A stretch of 64,000 bases of DNA from Deinococcales bacterium. GTDB taxonomy: Bacteria > Deinococcota > Deinococci > Deinococcales > JAAFIG01. The DNA is taken from NCBI GenBank assembly GCA_031414595.1, contig JANNVX010000075.1:28347-92346 (forward strand), read 5' to 3'. Every line of letters begins with the position of its first letter. The first letter of the stretch is position 1. Positions 40,912 to 50,157 of this stretch are shown in pieces. The notes beneath the pieces were generated by a model. The model made no database searches, was not told the origin of the DNA, and worked only from the letters and a program-made list of their open reading frames with translations. The position numbers were made by a program, and so were the translations under genes.

Positions 40912-40966
40912 GCTAAAAATGTAGGGGTTTTGACACTCGAGGTGGCGAAAGCCTCGAGTTTAAGTC

Positions 40967-42487
40967 TTAACCTATCGCCCAACCCGAAATCTGTTTTTTC
41001 TCGAGGTCAAACCGCACCCCAATTTTAACCACGGCTCGAGTCAAACCATCGGCATAACCAGTCATATCTATTTGTTTTAAGGCACTTTTTGCGCTGCCTT
41101 TGATCTTGAATTCAAAAATAATACTGTGCGTATTGGTCTCAAGTAGCGTGTCTATTCGTCCGTTAGCCGTTTGTATTTGGCTTTGGGTTCTATACCCTGT
41201 GCTAATCAGCATTAAATGCACCAGACTGTGAATATAATCTTCTTTTCTTGGGAATATCTCGTAAGGAATACTAGTTAGGACTTTATTGATGGTGGCAAAA
41301 AAAGTTTTCCAATCCAAATTGGTAATAGCACGTTGTAACTCGAGACTAAAACCACCAATGTAACTTGGGACTTGGTGGCTATAAACCTGCATTAAACTAC
41401 TCGAGAATGCACGACGCACTTCTTCGTTAGGGTAGGACAGGGTGTAACGTATGCCAAGCTGGTCTGATTCGATGTGCTGAATGGTTAAATAACCTGTTTG
41501 GAACATTAGACCAAGTGGGTCTAGCATTTCGACATCGGTGGCGACCAAAGCCGAATCTGGTAATTGTATATGCTCAAAAACAAAAGGATTGATTTGTGCT
41601 GATTTGATTAGCTCAACTAAAAAAGTGGGTGTGCCAGTTTCGTACCAGTAGGACTTAAAAACCGGATTCTCGAGAAAAAGCAGAAAACTAAATGGGCAGT
41701 AGACTCTGTTGATGGCATCCCATGAATACCCGTTGTACCAAAAGCGCACAAGGTCGAGCAGCGCTTCAACACTGATTTGTTTTTCGGCAGCAATTGCCTC
41801 TAGTCTGTCACCGAAAGCATAAATTATTTCTGTTACGGTATAACCGCATATCAAGGCGTATTTTGGGTTTAGGCTGATGTCGGATAAGTTATTCAGGTCA
41901 GAGAACAAACTGAGCTTACCGATTTTACTTACACCCGTTAAAAAAACCGTGTACAGATAAGAGTCCATTGGTTTGAGGACACCGTAAACACTTTTTAGCA
42001 CGGCTTGGTGTTCGGCGCGTTTTTCTGGCTCGAGTAACGTGTCAGTGATGGGTTTATCATACTCATCTATTAGCACTGCAACTTTAGCGGTTTTGGATAA
42101 CTCAAGAATCAGTTCTCTAAAAGCATCTCGAGCATTGGTGCTTTTTAAGTCGTAGTTGTACTCTGTGGCTTGAATCCTGAGCCAATCCACAATGCCTTGG
42201 TCAAGTGGTTTGGAAGTAAAATTGATATTACTAAAATCAAGGCGAATCATTGGGCGTGAAGTAAAATCAAAATTATTCTCGAGCCACAAACCGCTAAACA
42301 AATCTTTACGCCCCATAAAGGCTGCTTTTAGAGTTGACATTAACAGCGATTTACCAAAACGCCTTGGACGCGCAAAGAAGAACCGTCCGCCCTCGAGTAG
42401 TGGCATCATGTACATGGTTTTATCCACGTATAAGTAACCTTCTTCGCGTAAGTTCGTAAAATCTTGAATGCCAATGGGTAAACGCAT
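40967..42487 (-). CDS. AAA-ATPase-like plus PD-(D/E)XK nuclease protein
   Basis: LPIGIQDF, YVDKT, RPRRFGKS, IDEYDKP, YPNEEV, GRID...IIFEFK. Confidence 0.92.
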   Translation of the reverse strand: MRLPIGIQDFTNLREEGYLYVDKTMYMMPLLEGGRFFFARPRRFGKSLLMSTLKAAFMGRKDLFSGLWLENNFDFTSRPMIRLDFSNINFTSKPLDQGIVDWLRIQATEYNYDLKSTNARDAFRELILELSKTAKVAVLIDEYDKPITDTLLEPEKRAEHQAVLKSVYGVLKPMDSYLYTVFLTGVSKIGKLSLFSDLNNLSDISLNPKYALICGYTVTEIIYAFGDRLEAIAAEKQISVEALLDLVRFWYNGYSWDAINRVYCPFSFLLFLENPVFKSYWYETGTPTFLVELIKSAQINPFVFEHIQLPDSALVATDVEMLDPLGLMFQTGYLTIQHIESDQLGIRYTLSYPNEEVRRAFSSSLMQVYSHQVPSYIGGFSLELQRAITNLDWKTFFATINKVLTSIPYEIFPRKEDYIHSLVHLMLISTGYRTQSQIQTANGRIDTLLETNTHSIIFEFKIKGSAKSALKQIDMTGYADGLTRAVVKIGVRFDLEKKQISGWAIG

Positions 42488-42583
42488 GGGTTTAGTCTAC
42501 TGCAATTCGGCTCGAGCTAAAAAATATGGGAATAAACCACCCGAGCGCCAGCTAAACCGCTAACGCTCGAGCAGAATTTATGT

Positions 42584-44227
42584 TTAGTAGTAGGTGTTGC
42601 CTAGCACATCGAAACGCAGTATGAAAGCATCTTGGCTGCCAGCACTTGTATTCCCTGCGAATGCGACACTTGAACCTGCCTGTCCTGTGACATGCGAATT
42701 GCCACTCGAGTCAAGGGCAATACCATAGCCAATATCATTTCCAGTTGTCCCAAATTGTTTTACCCAAACCTGAGTACCACTCGAGTCGTACTTGGCAATA
42801 AAGATGTCTTCACCACCAGCAGTTGTATTTCCTGCCAATGCGCCAGTTGTATATCCTGTGACATGCGAATTGCCACTCGAGTCAACGGCAATACCATAGC
42901 CAATATCAATTGTACTTGTCCCAAATTGTTTTACCCAAACCTGAGTACCACTCGAGTCGTACTTGGCAATAAAGATGTCATCACCACCAGCAGTTGTATT
43001 TCCTGCCAATGCGCCAATTGTATATCCTGTGACATGCGAATTGCCACTCGAGTCAACGGCAATACCATAGCCAAAATCAATTGTACTTGTACCAAATTGT
43101 TTAACCCAAAGCTGAGTGCCACTCGAGTCATATTTGGCAATAAAGATGTCCTGACTGCCAGCACTGGTATTCTCTGCGAATGTGTCACTTGTACGCCCTG
43201 TGACATACGAATTGCCACTCGAGTCAACCGCAATACCATAGCCAATATCACCTCCAGTTGTCCCAATTTGCCAAGCCCGTTCACCCAGCATTCGTTTCAA
43301 ATTGGTTTTACTCCCAGCCGTTCGCACACCCGGTACTAGCACACTACTTGCTACATTGGTCACGGTATTTCTGGCAATGTTGGTACTTGGAATTGTAAAA
43401 CCAGTTCCTCGAGTAGCAGCACTACTTGTTCCCCGTCGTTCTTCGTAGCTTTCGGTCATGCGTTTGACCCCAGCCCCAAATGGTTCGTCAAATGCCAAGA
43501 AAGTCATGGTAAATCTTCTTGGGCTACCACTGCTTGGTTCGTTGTTATTCGGTAGTTTCACAGCAATTGTGACTGTTCCAGCATTTGTTCCAACGCCAAG
43601 ACTGCGACTGGTAGAGCTACTACGGGCAATAAATCCATATGGAAACAAGTATTGACCCGCTTGCAGTTCTGGTACGGGCGTTACGGCAGCCGCCGCACTC
43701 TCGAGACTGGTTAATTCGGATTCATTCAAATACTGTAAATCGGCTATTGAGTCGTTGGTGGTAAAACTTGGGCTAAGGCTGCTGGGCATATTCACGGGTT
43801 GCACTGCTCGAGCAAAAAACTCGAGTTGCGTAGGGGTTAAAGGTACACCATTAAAATCCACAATGTTTTTTAAGGCAGTGTCGGCGGCATTACCCGTTTT
43901 GTATTGTGCCACCAAAGTTAAATCCTCAAAAGTCTGAGCGTTTGGTGCAACAGTTAGATTATTGACTTGAAAGGTCGCACTTAAATAATTCACATTGCGG
44001 GTTACATCTGCCAAGTAACCAATGGTGCTTGGCGCAGTAAAACTGACTTGGCTTGGGGTTAAAGAACCTTGGGGCAAAACTCGAGAATTGCTGACTTTAG
44101 CGGTTTTGGCTTCTAAATCAAAAGTCACTTCAAATGCACCAATCGGTTTGGGTTGGATTGGTGTGGTTTGCTGACATGCCATAAACGCAAGTGCCAGCAT
44201 GGGTATGGTCAAAAAAAAGCGTTTCAT
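42584..44227 (-). CDS. lipoprotein with C-terminal SBBP beta-propeller repeats
   Basis: FMAC lipobox; ~4 copies of a 60-aa repeat (GYGIAVDSSGNS.VTG...DIFIAKYDSSGTQ.WVKQFGT). Confidence 0.88.
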   Translation of the reverse strand: MKRFFLTIPMLALAFMACQQTTPIQPKPIGAFEVTFDLEAKTAKVSNSRVLPQGSLTPSQVSFTAPSTIGYLADVTRNVNYLSATFQVNNLTVAPNAQTFEDLTLVAQYKTGNAADTALKNIVDFNGVPLTPTQLEFFARAVQPVNMPSSLSPSFTTNDSIADLQYLNESELTSLESAAAAVTPVPELQAGQYLFPYGFIARSSSTSRSLGVGTNAGTVTIAVKLPNNNEPSSGSPRRFTMTFLAFDEPFGAGVKRMTESYEERRGTSSAATRGTGFTIPSTNIARNTVTNVASSVLVPGVRTAGSKTNLKRMLGERAWQIGTTGGDIGYGIAVDSSGNSYVTGRTSDTFAENTSAGSQDIFIAKYDSSGTQLWVKQFGTSTIDFGYGIAVDSSGNSHVTGYTIGALAGNTTAGGDDIFIAKYDSSGTQVWVKQFGTSTIDIGYGIAVDSSGNSHVTGYTTGALAGNTTAGGEDIFIAKYDSSGTQVWVKQFGTTGNDIGYGIALDSSGNSHVTGQAGSSVAFAGNTSAGSQDAFILRFDVLGNTYY

Positions 44228-44361
44228 TGTGCCTCCGTAGGATTCTCGAGAAAATCGGTCATGGGGTCTAAGGTGCTTGTACCAATCGGTAAACTGATAC
44301 CAATAAGGCTGCTGTAGTGGTATTCCTCGAGTTTCGGTGGTTCATAAGGTTGTTTTTTCAT
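44224..44361 (-). CDS. 45-aa peptide with lasso/RRE-type leader motif
   Basis: AAGGGG RBS; MKKQPYEPPKLEEYHYSSLIGISLPIGTSTLDPMTDFLENPTEAQ; ATGA overlap with the lipoprotein start. Confidence 0.7.
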   Translation of the reverse strand: MKKQPYEPPKLEEYHYSSLIGISLPIGTSTLDPMTDFLENPTEAQ

Positions 44362-44428
44362 GAAATCCCCTTTTGGTTGTTTAACGCCAGACCTACCCGA
44401 TGATTTTTGGTATTTGAGCGTTGCAGTC

Positions 44429-44461
44429 ATTATAACCAGTCAAGCGTCGCACAAATGTCGC
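44429..44461 (-). promoter_or_regulatory. direct-repeat promoter E
   Basis: GCGACA / GCGACG (period 11), 10 nt, TATAAT. Confidence 0.6.
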
Positions 44462-44522
44462 GTGGGTGTTTTATCAGGTTCAATCCAAAGTACCCGCCCA
44501 TTTTTGTCGTATAATTACAGGC

Positions 44523-45089
44523 ATGAACCGCGCCCTGCCAGTTCAAACCGTCTCGAGTTTTGAAGCGTACCTCGAGTTTGAAGAACACAGCCAAGAACGA
44601 CATGAGTTTGTCTATGGTAACTTGTTTGTCATGGCTGGTGGCACAGATAGACACGATTATGTCGCAGGTGGAATTTACTCCCGTCTGTTTCTCGAGGCGT
44701 TCAAATCGAGGTCATTTCAAGTTTACAAAGGTGATGTTAAAATCCGTACCCCAGAAGAAGTTGGGTATTACCCTGATGTATTTGTTCTGACCGACATGAG
44801 CTTAGATACCCCTCGAGTGAAACGCCTTCCGAGTGTGATTTTTGAAGTGCTGTCCGATTCCACCCAAAATATTGACCGTGGCGAGAAACTCAGGAATTAC
44901 CGCGCTATCCCAAGTTTAGAGCAGTATTTTTTGTTTTCGCAATCCGAAGCGCTTGGCGAAGTGTACTCGAGACAACCTAACGGCACTTGGCAGCACGAAT
45001 TTTTAGATGCTAATTCGCTGCTGCAAGTACCAAGCATTGGTTTTGTATTGCCTTTAGCTGTGCTGTACGAAAACCTGCCAGAGGAATGA
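44523..45089 (+). CDS. Uma2-family endonuclease
   Basis: RHEFV.G....MAGG...H, YYPDV, EVLS.ST...DRGEK...Y..IPSL..Y; TATAAT-7-ATG. Confidence 0.92.
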   Translation: MNRALPVQTVSSFEAYLEFEEHSQERHEFVYGNLFVMAGGTDRHDYVAGGIYSRLFLEAFKSRSFQVYKGDVKIRTPEEVGYYPDVFVLTDMSLDTPRVKRLPSVIFEVLSDSTQNIDRGEKLRNYRAIPSLEQYFLFSQSEALGEVYSRQPNGTWQHEFLDANSLLQVPSIGFVLPLAVLYENLPEE

Positions 45090-45095
45090 GGATAT

Positions 45096-46022
45096 TTACT
45101 CAATCACTTCGGCTTGTTCTAAATCGTGGCTTTCTGCGCCCATCACCTGCTCGAGTTTTAAGCCTCTGGCGCGTTCAATTCGCGCTAATCTTTTTTGAAA
45201 TTGCCCGAAGGCATAACTGATAAACGTTTCGGCTTCTAATCCAAAGGGCAGTTCGCTGTACTGGTCAAAAATATCATTGATTACGCCAATGGCGGGAATG
45301 ATCAGTTCCTGCATTTGGTTTTCGATTACTTCCCAAACTGGGTCGCCGTGTTCGGCAACCAGACGACTCAGCAAATGCACCCCATAAGCAATGTGCCTAG
45401 ATTCGTCTTGCTTAAATAAGCGCATGGCACGCTGCATCCCTGGTAAAATTTGGTGACGCTCGAGCATTTGCCCATACGCATGATAACCCGTTTCTGCCAG
45501 TACCCCTTCGACAATCATGTTGTAAGTCACGCTGGCGTTGGCTTGGGCAATTGGGCTTTTGTCGGTCTCGAGGGCATGTAGGGCTTTAGGTAGGGCTTGG
45601 TAGAAAACCAGTTTGTAATTCTCGGAATGGTATTTTTCTAGGTCTGGATGTTCTCCGACCACACTGCCCCAGAAGCGGTCAAAAGTCTCGACATGTTTGG
45701 CTTCTTCCCATAAAAAACTGGTTAAAAACATCTCCTCCTCGAGTCGTCCTTCTTTGGCAATCACTTGAATCAGTGGCAGTAAATCCAGCGTGACACTCTC
45801 TTCGCCAGCTTGAAAAAGGGCGGCGAGGTGCATTAACACTTGGCGTTCAAGGTCGGTTAAGCCAAGCCACTGTTTAGCATCTTCGCTAAAATCAATTTCG
45901 GCTGGATTCCAAATCCCAAATTTCTTGGCTTTGCGCCATAACCGCATTGCAAAAGAATCATGGTTTAAGCCTCGTTTGGCGGTCAAAAAACCAGTGCGCT
46001 GATGGTCGGCGGTTAAGCTCAT
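45096..46022 (-). CDS. R2-like ligand-binding oxidase (R2lox)
   Basis: WNPA.IDF..D, GEESVT.DL.P, EEAKH, VTYNMIVEG.LAETGY, DESRH. Confidence 0.88.
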   Translation of the reverse strand: MSLTADHQRTGFLTAKRGLNHDSFAMRLWRKAKKFGIWNPAEIDFSEDAKQWLGLTDLERQVLMHLAALFQAGEESVTLDLLPLIQVIAKEGRLEEEMFLTSFLWEEAKHVETFDRFWGSVVGEHPDLEKYHSENYKLVFYQALPKALHALETDKSPIAQANASVTYNMIVEGVLAETGYHAYGQMLERHQILPGMQRAMRLFKQDESRHIAYGVHLLSRLVAEHGDPVWEVIENQMQELIIPAIGVINDIFDQYSELPFGLEAETFISYAFGQFQKRLARIERARGLKLEQVMGAESHDLEQAEVIE

Positions 46023-46711
46023 ATTTCTTCTGTCCAGAGTCCAGTCGCTAGAAACTCGAGAATCGTGGTACTGGACAGGTCAACCCCAGCACCGATGTTC
46101 TTGCGGATATTGCTGTACTGCAAAGCATAATTTTTGGCATTCTCGAGCCACTGGGTTTTTTTACTGGCAATTTCGGCGGCAGAGTAGCCTTCGGTGAACG
46201 GTTTAGGGTTAGTACGGGCTTGGTTCAGGCGTTTCTCGAGTTTTTGTTTGGCTTGGTTGTAGCGTGTGCTAATGGCTGCACTTTTGACTGCCCCAGATTT
46301 AGAGGTCAGTAAACCAATTAACTTAGAAAAATGCTCTTCGATGCTCGGTTGGAATCGCGCTCTGCCATGTGGGTACATTGTGCCGCCGCCAGCCGCCGAG
46401 TACGCCAGTTCGGTTTCGGCATTAAAAAATTCGTTGTAATTTTTGTATAAGTTACTCAGTTTGGCTTTGAGGGCTGGAAGTTTTGCGACTCGAGCATCGT
46501 TTTCTTTTTGTTTGCAAGCTGCCCAATACATCGCGGCTTGGTCGTAACCCGCTTCGCTTTGGTCATTATTTTTTACGGTGTAGTTTTCCATAAAAGCATC
46601 TGGCTGCATTTTTAAGGTGATGCCACAATTGGGTTGATACTTATCTTGGGCAAGGCTTAAACCAAGAATAAGGGTTGTTGCAGCCATCAAAAAAGCCAGT
46701 CTTATTTTCAT
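46019..46711 (-). CDS. secreted hypothetical protein
   Basis: Signal peptide ...LGLSLA-QD; GGGTM motif; overlaps the R2lox start. Confidence 0.7.
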   Translation of the reverse strand: MKIRLAFLMAATTLILGLSLAQDKYQPNCGITLKMQPDAFMENYTVKNNDQSEAGYDQAAMYWAACKQKENDARVAKLPALKAKLSNLYKNYNEFFNAETELAYSAAGGGTMYPHGRARFQPSIEEHFSKLIGLLTSKSGAVKSAAISTRYNQAKQKLEKRLNQARTNPKPFTEGYSAAEIASKKTQWLENAKNYALQYSNIRKNIGAGVDLSSTTILEFLATGLWTEEI

Positions 46712-46926
46712 AGATTTTAGTATACCTTGCAGACCAAGATTGTGCCGCTAAAAAACCTCGAGAGACTGTTCTCGAGGTTTATGGGTTTGGCAATTGATCA
46801 GGTTGAGCGTTTAGCGACTGAATTACCGATTTTTATAGATGAGTTATGCTATGAAACCGTGCCTGAAACAGACTTTTTGGATTTGGAGTTTTAGGAAAAG
46901 AGAACTGTTCAAATACTTGACTCGAG

Positions 46927-47415
46927 TTATTGCCCCCAAGGGTGGTCTGTGACAGCAAAAACACTGATTGCGATTTTTTGATTTTGAACAGTGTTTATCA
47001 GCGCGGAATCGGCTGTAATGAGTGGACAATCTAATTCTTGAGCCACAGCTAAAAATTCGGCATCACCTGTGCTTTTGGTACGATTCATGGCTTGCTGTAC
47101 ACGGTACACAAATTCGATATTTGGAATATGGCGTTGCCAATTTGCTGCTAAAATTTCTCGAGCCAAAGTCAAACCGTCTTCAAAAGTAAACACGCCTTTG
47201 CTGATACCGTCGCGGTAAATGGCATTACGGACTTCGGAATCAAATAACTCTGGAACGTGAAGCACTGCATTTTCGAGTTTTGCTTGGGCTAAAAATTGTT
47301 GAGCAGCTTTTGCATTAACTTGTGAAACAGCATCAAGCGCCGAGATAGGAATTACGGACAGCAATACAACATTAGCATCAATGACAAAATGCTGAATTTC
47401 TACTGACTGATTCAT
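46927..47415 (-). CDS. PIN-domain toxin (VapC)
   Basis: FVIDANV, PELF.SEV.NA, GDAEFLA.A..L.CPLITAD. Confidence 0.88.
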   Translation of the reverse strand: MNQSVEIQHFVIDANVVLLSVIPISALDAVSQVNAKAAQQFLAQAKLENAVLHVPELFDSEVRNAIYRDGISKGVFTFEDGLTLAREILAANWQRHIPNIEFVYRVQQAMNRTKSTGDAEFLAVAQELDCPLITADSALINTVQNQKIAISVFAVTDHPWGQ

Positions 47416-47564
47416 TCGTCGCGTAAGGAACGAATGGCTTCTACGGGATTGAATATTCCGGGTTTGAGTACCTTGATGGTACTGCGCGGCAAACCACGAA
47501 AAGATTCTGGAGATTTTGGCGGTTTTTGTTCTTTGGGTTGAGGTACAGTATTGACTTTGCTCAT
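47412..47564 (-). CDS. putative 50-aa antitoxin (not in ORF track)
   Basis: MSKVNTVPQPKEQKPPKSPESFRGLPRSTIKVLKPGIFNPVEAIRSLRDE*; TAAACT-6-ATG; ATGA overlap with PIN. Confidence 0.7.
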   Translation of the reverse strand: MSKVNTVPQPKEQKPPKSPESFRGLPRSTIKVLKPGIFNPVEAIRSLRDE

Positions 47565-47849
47565 ACAAGTAGTTTAGCGCAAATTTTTGAGAATAAACGT
47601 AAAACATACTTCTTCGATTGTGTTTTTGGTTCTTAGTCATGACCATATGATGCTAAAAAAAACCGCCGTAGTCAAGCAGTTTTTAATGTACAGAACGGCA
47701 TTATTTAATATGCAATTTTCTGATTTCTGATTTCCAATTTTTTGATTCTAATTTTTTTATCTGTCTTTTTGAATTACAAAACTACGGTTTCAAATTACAT
47801 AATTGCAATTTCAAGTTACATAAATATGATAAGATAAACGTGCGGCATT

Positions 47850-48446
47850 ATGAAAAAACGAGACATTATTGAAAATAAAATTTTAGATTTATTAAAACGA
47901 AATCCTGAGCCTGTGAAGAGGCTTGACTTGCTTTGTTCCATTTATGGATTTCGACAAGCAGGAGGTAGTATCTTAGTTTGGAGTATCAAAGAGCGTAAAT
48001 TGCTGCAAAATGAACAGTTTGACAAGGCAGCCGAGCTTTTAGAGGCTGTTTTAACTGTATGTAATGAAACAATAATACTGAAAAACCAAAATGAACTAGA
48101 AGCGCAAAAGCGCTTTAATCTCATTCACCCACCTATTAAACCTAGTCTTTTTGACAGCCTTATGGCGGTTAGCTCACAGGCAGATAAAGACTCGATGGTA
48201 GGCACAAAACATCGTTGGTATCAATTAAACGAAGATATTAAACCATTTATCGAAAAATGGCTTTCGCGTGACTGGATGCGTCATAATACTGAACGTGAAT
48301 ATGCGGATTCACCACAAATGGAAAAGGAAAGAAAAAATGCTCATACGGGGCTTTCTCGAGCTATTGAAAGTTTGCAGGCTGCACAAAAAATCAAAATTGA
48401 AGGAAGTCGTAAAGAAATTCTGATTTCGCTTCTCGAGCCTTCCTAA
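47850..48446 (+). CDS. hypothetical protein (AT-rich)
   Basis: 198-aa ORF, no recognised motif. Confidence 0.6.
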   Translation: MKKRDIIENKILDLLKRNPEPVKRLDLLCSIYGFRQAGGSILVWSIKERKLLQNEQFDKAAELLEAVLTVCNETIILKNQNELEAQKRFNLIHPPIKPSLFDSLMAVSSQADKDSMVGTKHRWYQLNEDIKPFIEKWLSRDWMRHNTEREYADSPQMEKERKNAHTGLSRAIESLQAAQKIKIEGSRKEILISLLEPS

Positions 48447-48459
48447 CTCTTTGAACAAT

Positions 48460-48489
48460 AAAAAAGCGGATACGAAATCCGCTTTTTCT
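48460..48489. terminator. bidirectional intrinsic terminator
   Basis: AAAAAGCGGAT-loop-ATCCGCTTTTT between convergent genes. Confidence 0.8.
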
Positions 48490-48502
48490 TGTCTCGAGTT
48501 TC

Positions 48503-49357
48503 CTAAACGCTTTTTTCGATTGGCACACCAACCACATTGCCCCATTCTGTCCAGCTTCCGTCGTAATTACGCACTTTGTCGTAACCAAGAAGGTACTTAA
48601 GAATAAACCAAGTGTGGCTCGAGCGTTCGGCAATACGGCAGTAGGCAATGATGTCTTTTTCGGCAGTTACGCCTTTGTTGCCGTACATGCTGGTCAGTTC
48701 TTCATGACTCTTGAATGTGCCGTCTGGATTGACAGTTTGCGCCCAAGGTTGAGAAATCGCCCCGGGGATGTGACCGCCACGCAATGCGCCTTCTTGTGGG
48801 TAATCTGCCATGTGGGTCAGCTTGCCACTGAATTCGTCAGCACTGCGGACATCTACCAGTGCGCCGCGTCCAGCATTGACCTCGAGCAGGTGCTTTAAGA
48901 CATCGGGCATAAAAGCGCGAATGCTGGCATCACGGTAGGCGACAGTGTACTTAGAAGCAGCATGACTTGGGGTTTCTTTCTCGAGCGGTTTGCCTTCGGC
49001 GACCCATTTGGCACGTCCGCCGTTCATTAAAACAGCCTTGCTGTGTCCGTTGTACTTAAAGAACCAAAACGCATAGGCTGCCCACCAGTTATTCTTATCG
49101 CCATAAAAAACCACGGTCGTATCGTTGGTGATGCCAAACTGCGAAACCAGTTTTTCAAAGCCGGCTGCGTCTATAAAATCGCGGATGTCTTCGCGTTGCA
49201 AATTGGTGTGCCAGTCTATTTTGACGCTGCCCGGGACATGTCCTTGTTCGTAAAGCAAAAAGTCCTCGGAGACTTCGACAATACGAATGTTGGCATCTTT
49301 GTGATGCTCTAAAACCCAATCGGTGCTGACCAAAACTTCTGGATGAATGTAACTCAT
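48503..49357 (-). CDS. two-domain rhodanese sulfurtransferase
   Basis: [39 protein letters not shown]. Confidence 0.95.
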   Translation of the reverse strand: MSYIHPEVLVSTDWVLEHHKDANIRIVEVSEDFLLYEQGHVPGSVKIDWHTNLQREDIRDFIDAAGFEKLVSQFGITNDTTVVFYGDKNNWWAAYAFWFFKYNGHSKAVLMNGGRAKWVAEGKPLEKETPSHAASKYTVAYRDASIRAFMPDVLKHLLEVNAGRGALVDVRSADEFSGKLTHMADYPQEGALRGGHIPGAISQPWAQTVNPDGTFKSHEELTSMYGNKGVTAEKDIIAYCRIAERSSHTWFILKYLLGYDKVRNYDGSWTEWGNVVGVPIEKSV

Positions 49358-49482
49358 ATTTTCTCCTTAAAACCTTGACTAGATTTAGCTTGAATAGTTT
49401 ACAATTTTTATCAATCTTCTCGAAGTAAGCCGAACTACCAAGAACCATTGACATAAATATGTCTAGCGATTAGGATAATACC

Positions 49483-49731
49483 ATGAGAACCACGGTTCGA
49501 CTCAATGACCAATTGCTGGCTGATGCAAAAAAGTTTGCACTGTCACATAATCAGACCTTGACTGATTTGATTGAAAACTCCTTGCGCCACATGATTCACG
49601 CTAAACCTAAAGAAGTAAAAGAATTGCCGACTTGGGATTTGGGAAAACCTTTACTTGACTTAGATTTTTCAGACACTTCAGCAATCCAAGACTTTCTTGA
49701 CCAAGGCACAGATGTTCATTCTCGACGTTAA
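49483..49731 (+). CDS. VapB-like antitoxin
   Basis: MRTTVRLNDQLL..AK..A.....TLT.LIE..LR. Confidence 0.85.
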   Translation: MRTTVRLNDQLLADAKKFALSHNQTLTDLIENSLRHMIHAKPKEVKELPTWDLGKPLLDLDFSDTSAIQDFLDQGTDVHSRR

Positions 49732-50131
49732 TGTTTTGATCTATGCGTTTTCAAGCTCGAGTTTGGATCATTTACTGTACCGCACTTGGCTAAAAACTGC
49801 TTTATCAACCTCCGAAGTTCGAGCGCCAAGTGTGGTTATCAGTGGGTTCTTGCGAATTGCCAGCAATCCAAAACTTTTCTCGAATGCAGACACAGCCATG
49901 GCACTCGCCTTTATAGATGGACTCGAGACGCAAGCAAATTTTGCCGTACTTCATGGTTCAGCCCAGCAATGGCAAATTTTTAAGAATTTATGCCAAACCA
50001 TGCAACCAACCGGCAACGATTTCTCGGATTTGTTCATTGCTGCTTTTGCGCTTGAATACAATGCAACACTGGTCAGTGCCGATAACGGATTTGCTCGTTT
50101 TAAGAACCTCAAATGGTTCAAACCCACTTGA
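49712..50131 (+). CDS. PIN-domain toxin (VapC)
   Basis: ILDVNVLIYA, FLRI.SNP, GN...D..IAA.A.E..A.LVSAD.GF.RF. Confidence 0.93.
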   Translation: MFILDVNVLIYAFSSSSLDHLLYRTWLKTALSTSEVRAPSVVISGFLRIASNPKLFSNADTAMALAFIDGLETQANFAVLHGSAQQWQIFKNLCQTMQPTGNDFSDLFIAAFALEYNATLVSADNGFARFKNLKWFKPT

Positions 50132-50157
50132 AAATGGTTCAAACCCACTTGAAATTT

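Noticed and set aside
42690-43270. Near-identical 180-bp nucleotide repeats and overlapping repeat ORFs (42692+, 42931-)
   Set aside because: Explained by in-frame SBBP protein repeats; the other ORFs are shadows.
39731-44361. Complete canonical lasso peptide cluster or PQQ biosynthesis
   Set aside because: No lasso cyclase, B2 protease, radical SAM or pqqB/C/E genes in the window.
45096-46022. Ribonucleotide reductase beta subunit (nrdB/nrdF)
   Set aside because: Motifs fit R2lox and there is no R1 gene adjacent.
46927-47646. 239-aa ORF as one extended PIN protein
   Set aside because: A leaderless 50-aa ORF in another frame with ATGA coupling explains the region better.
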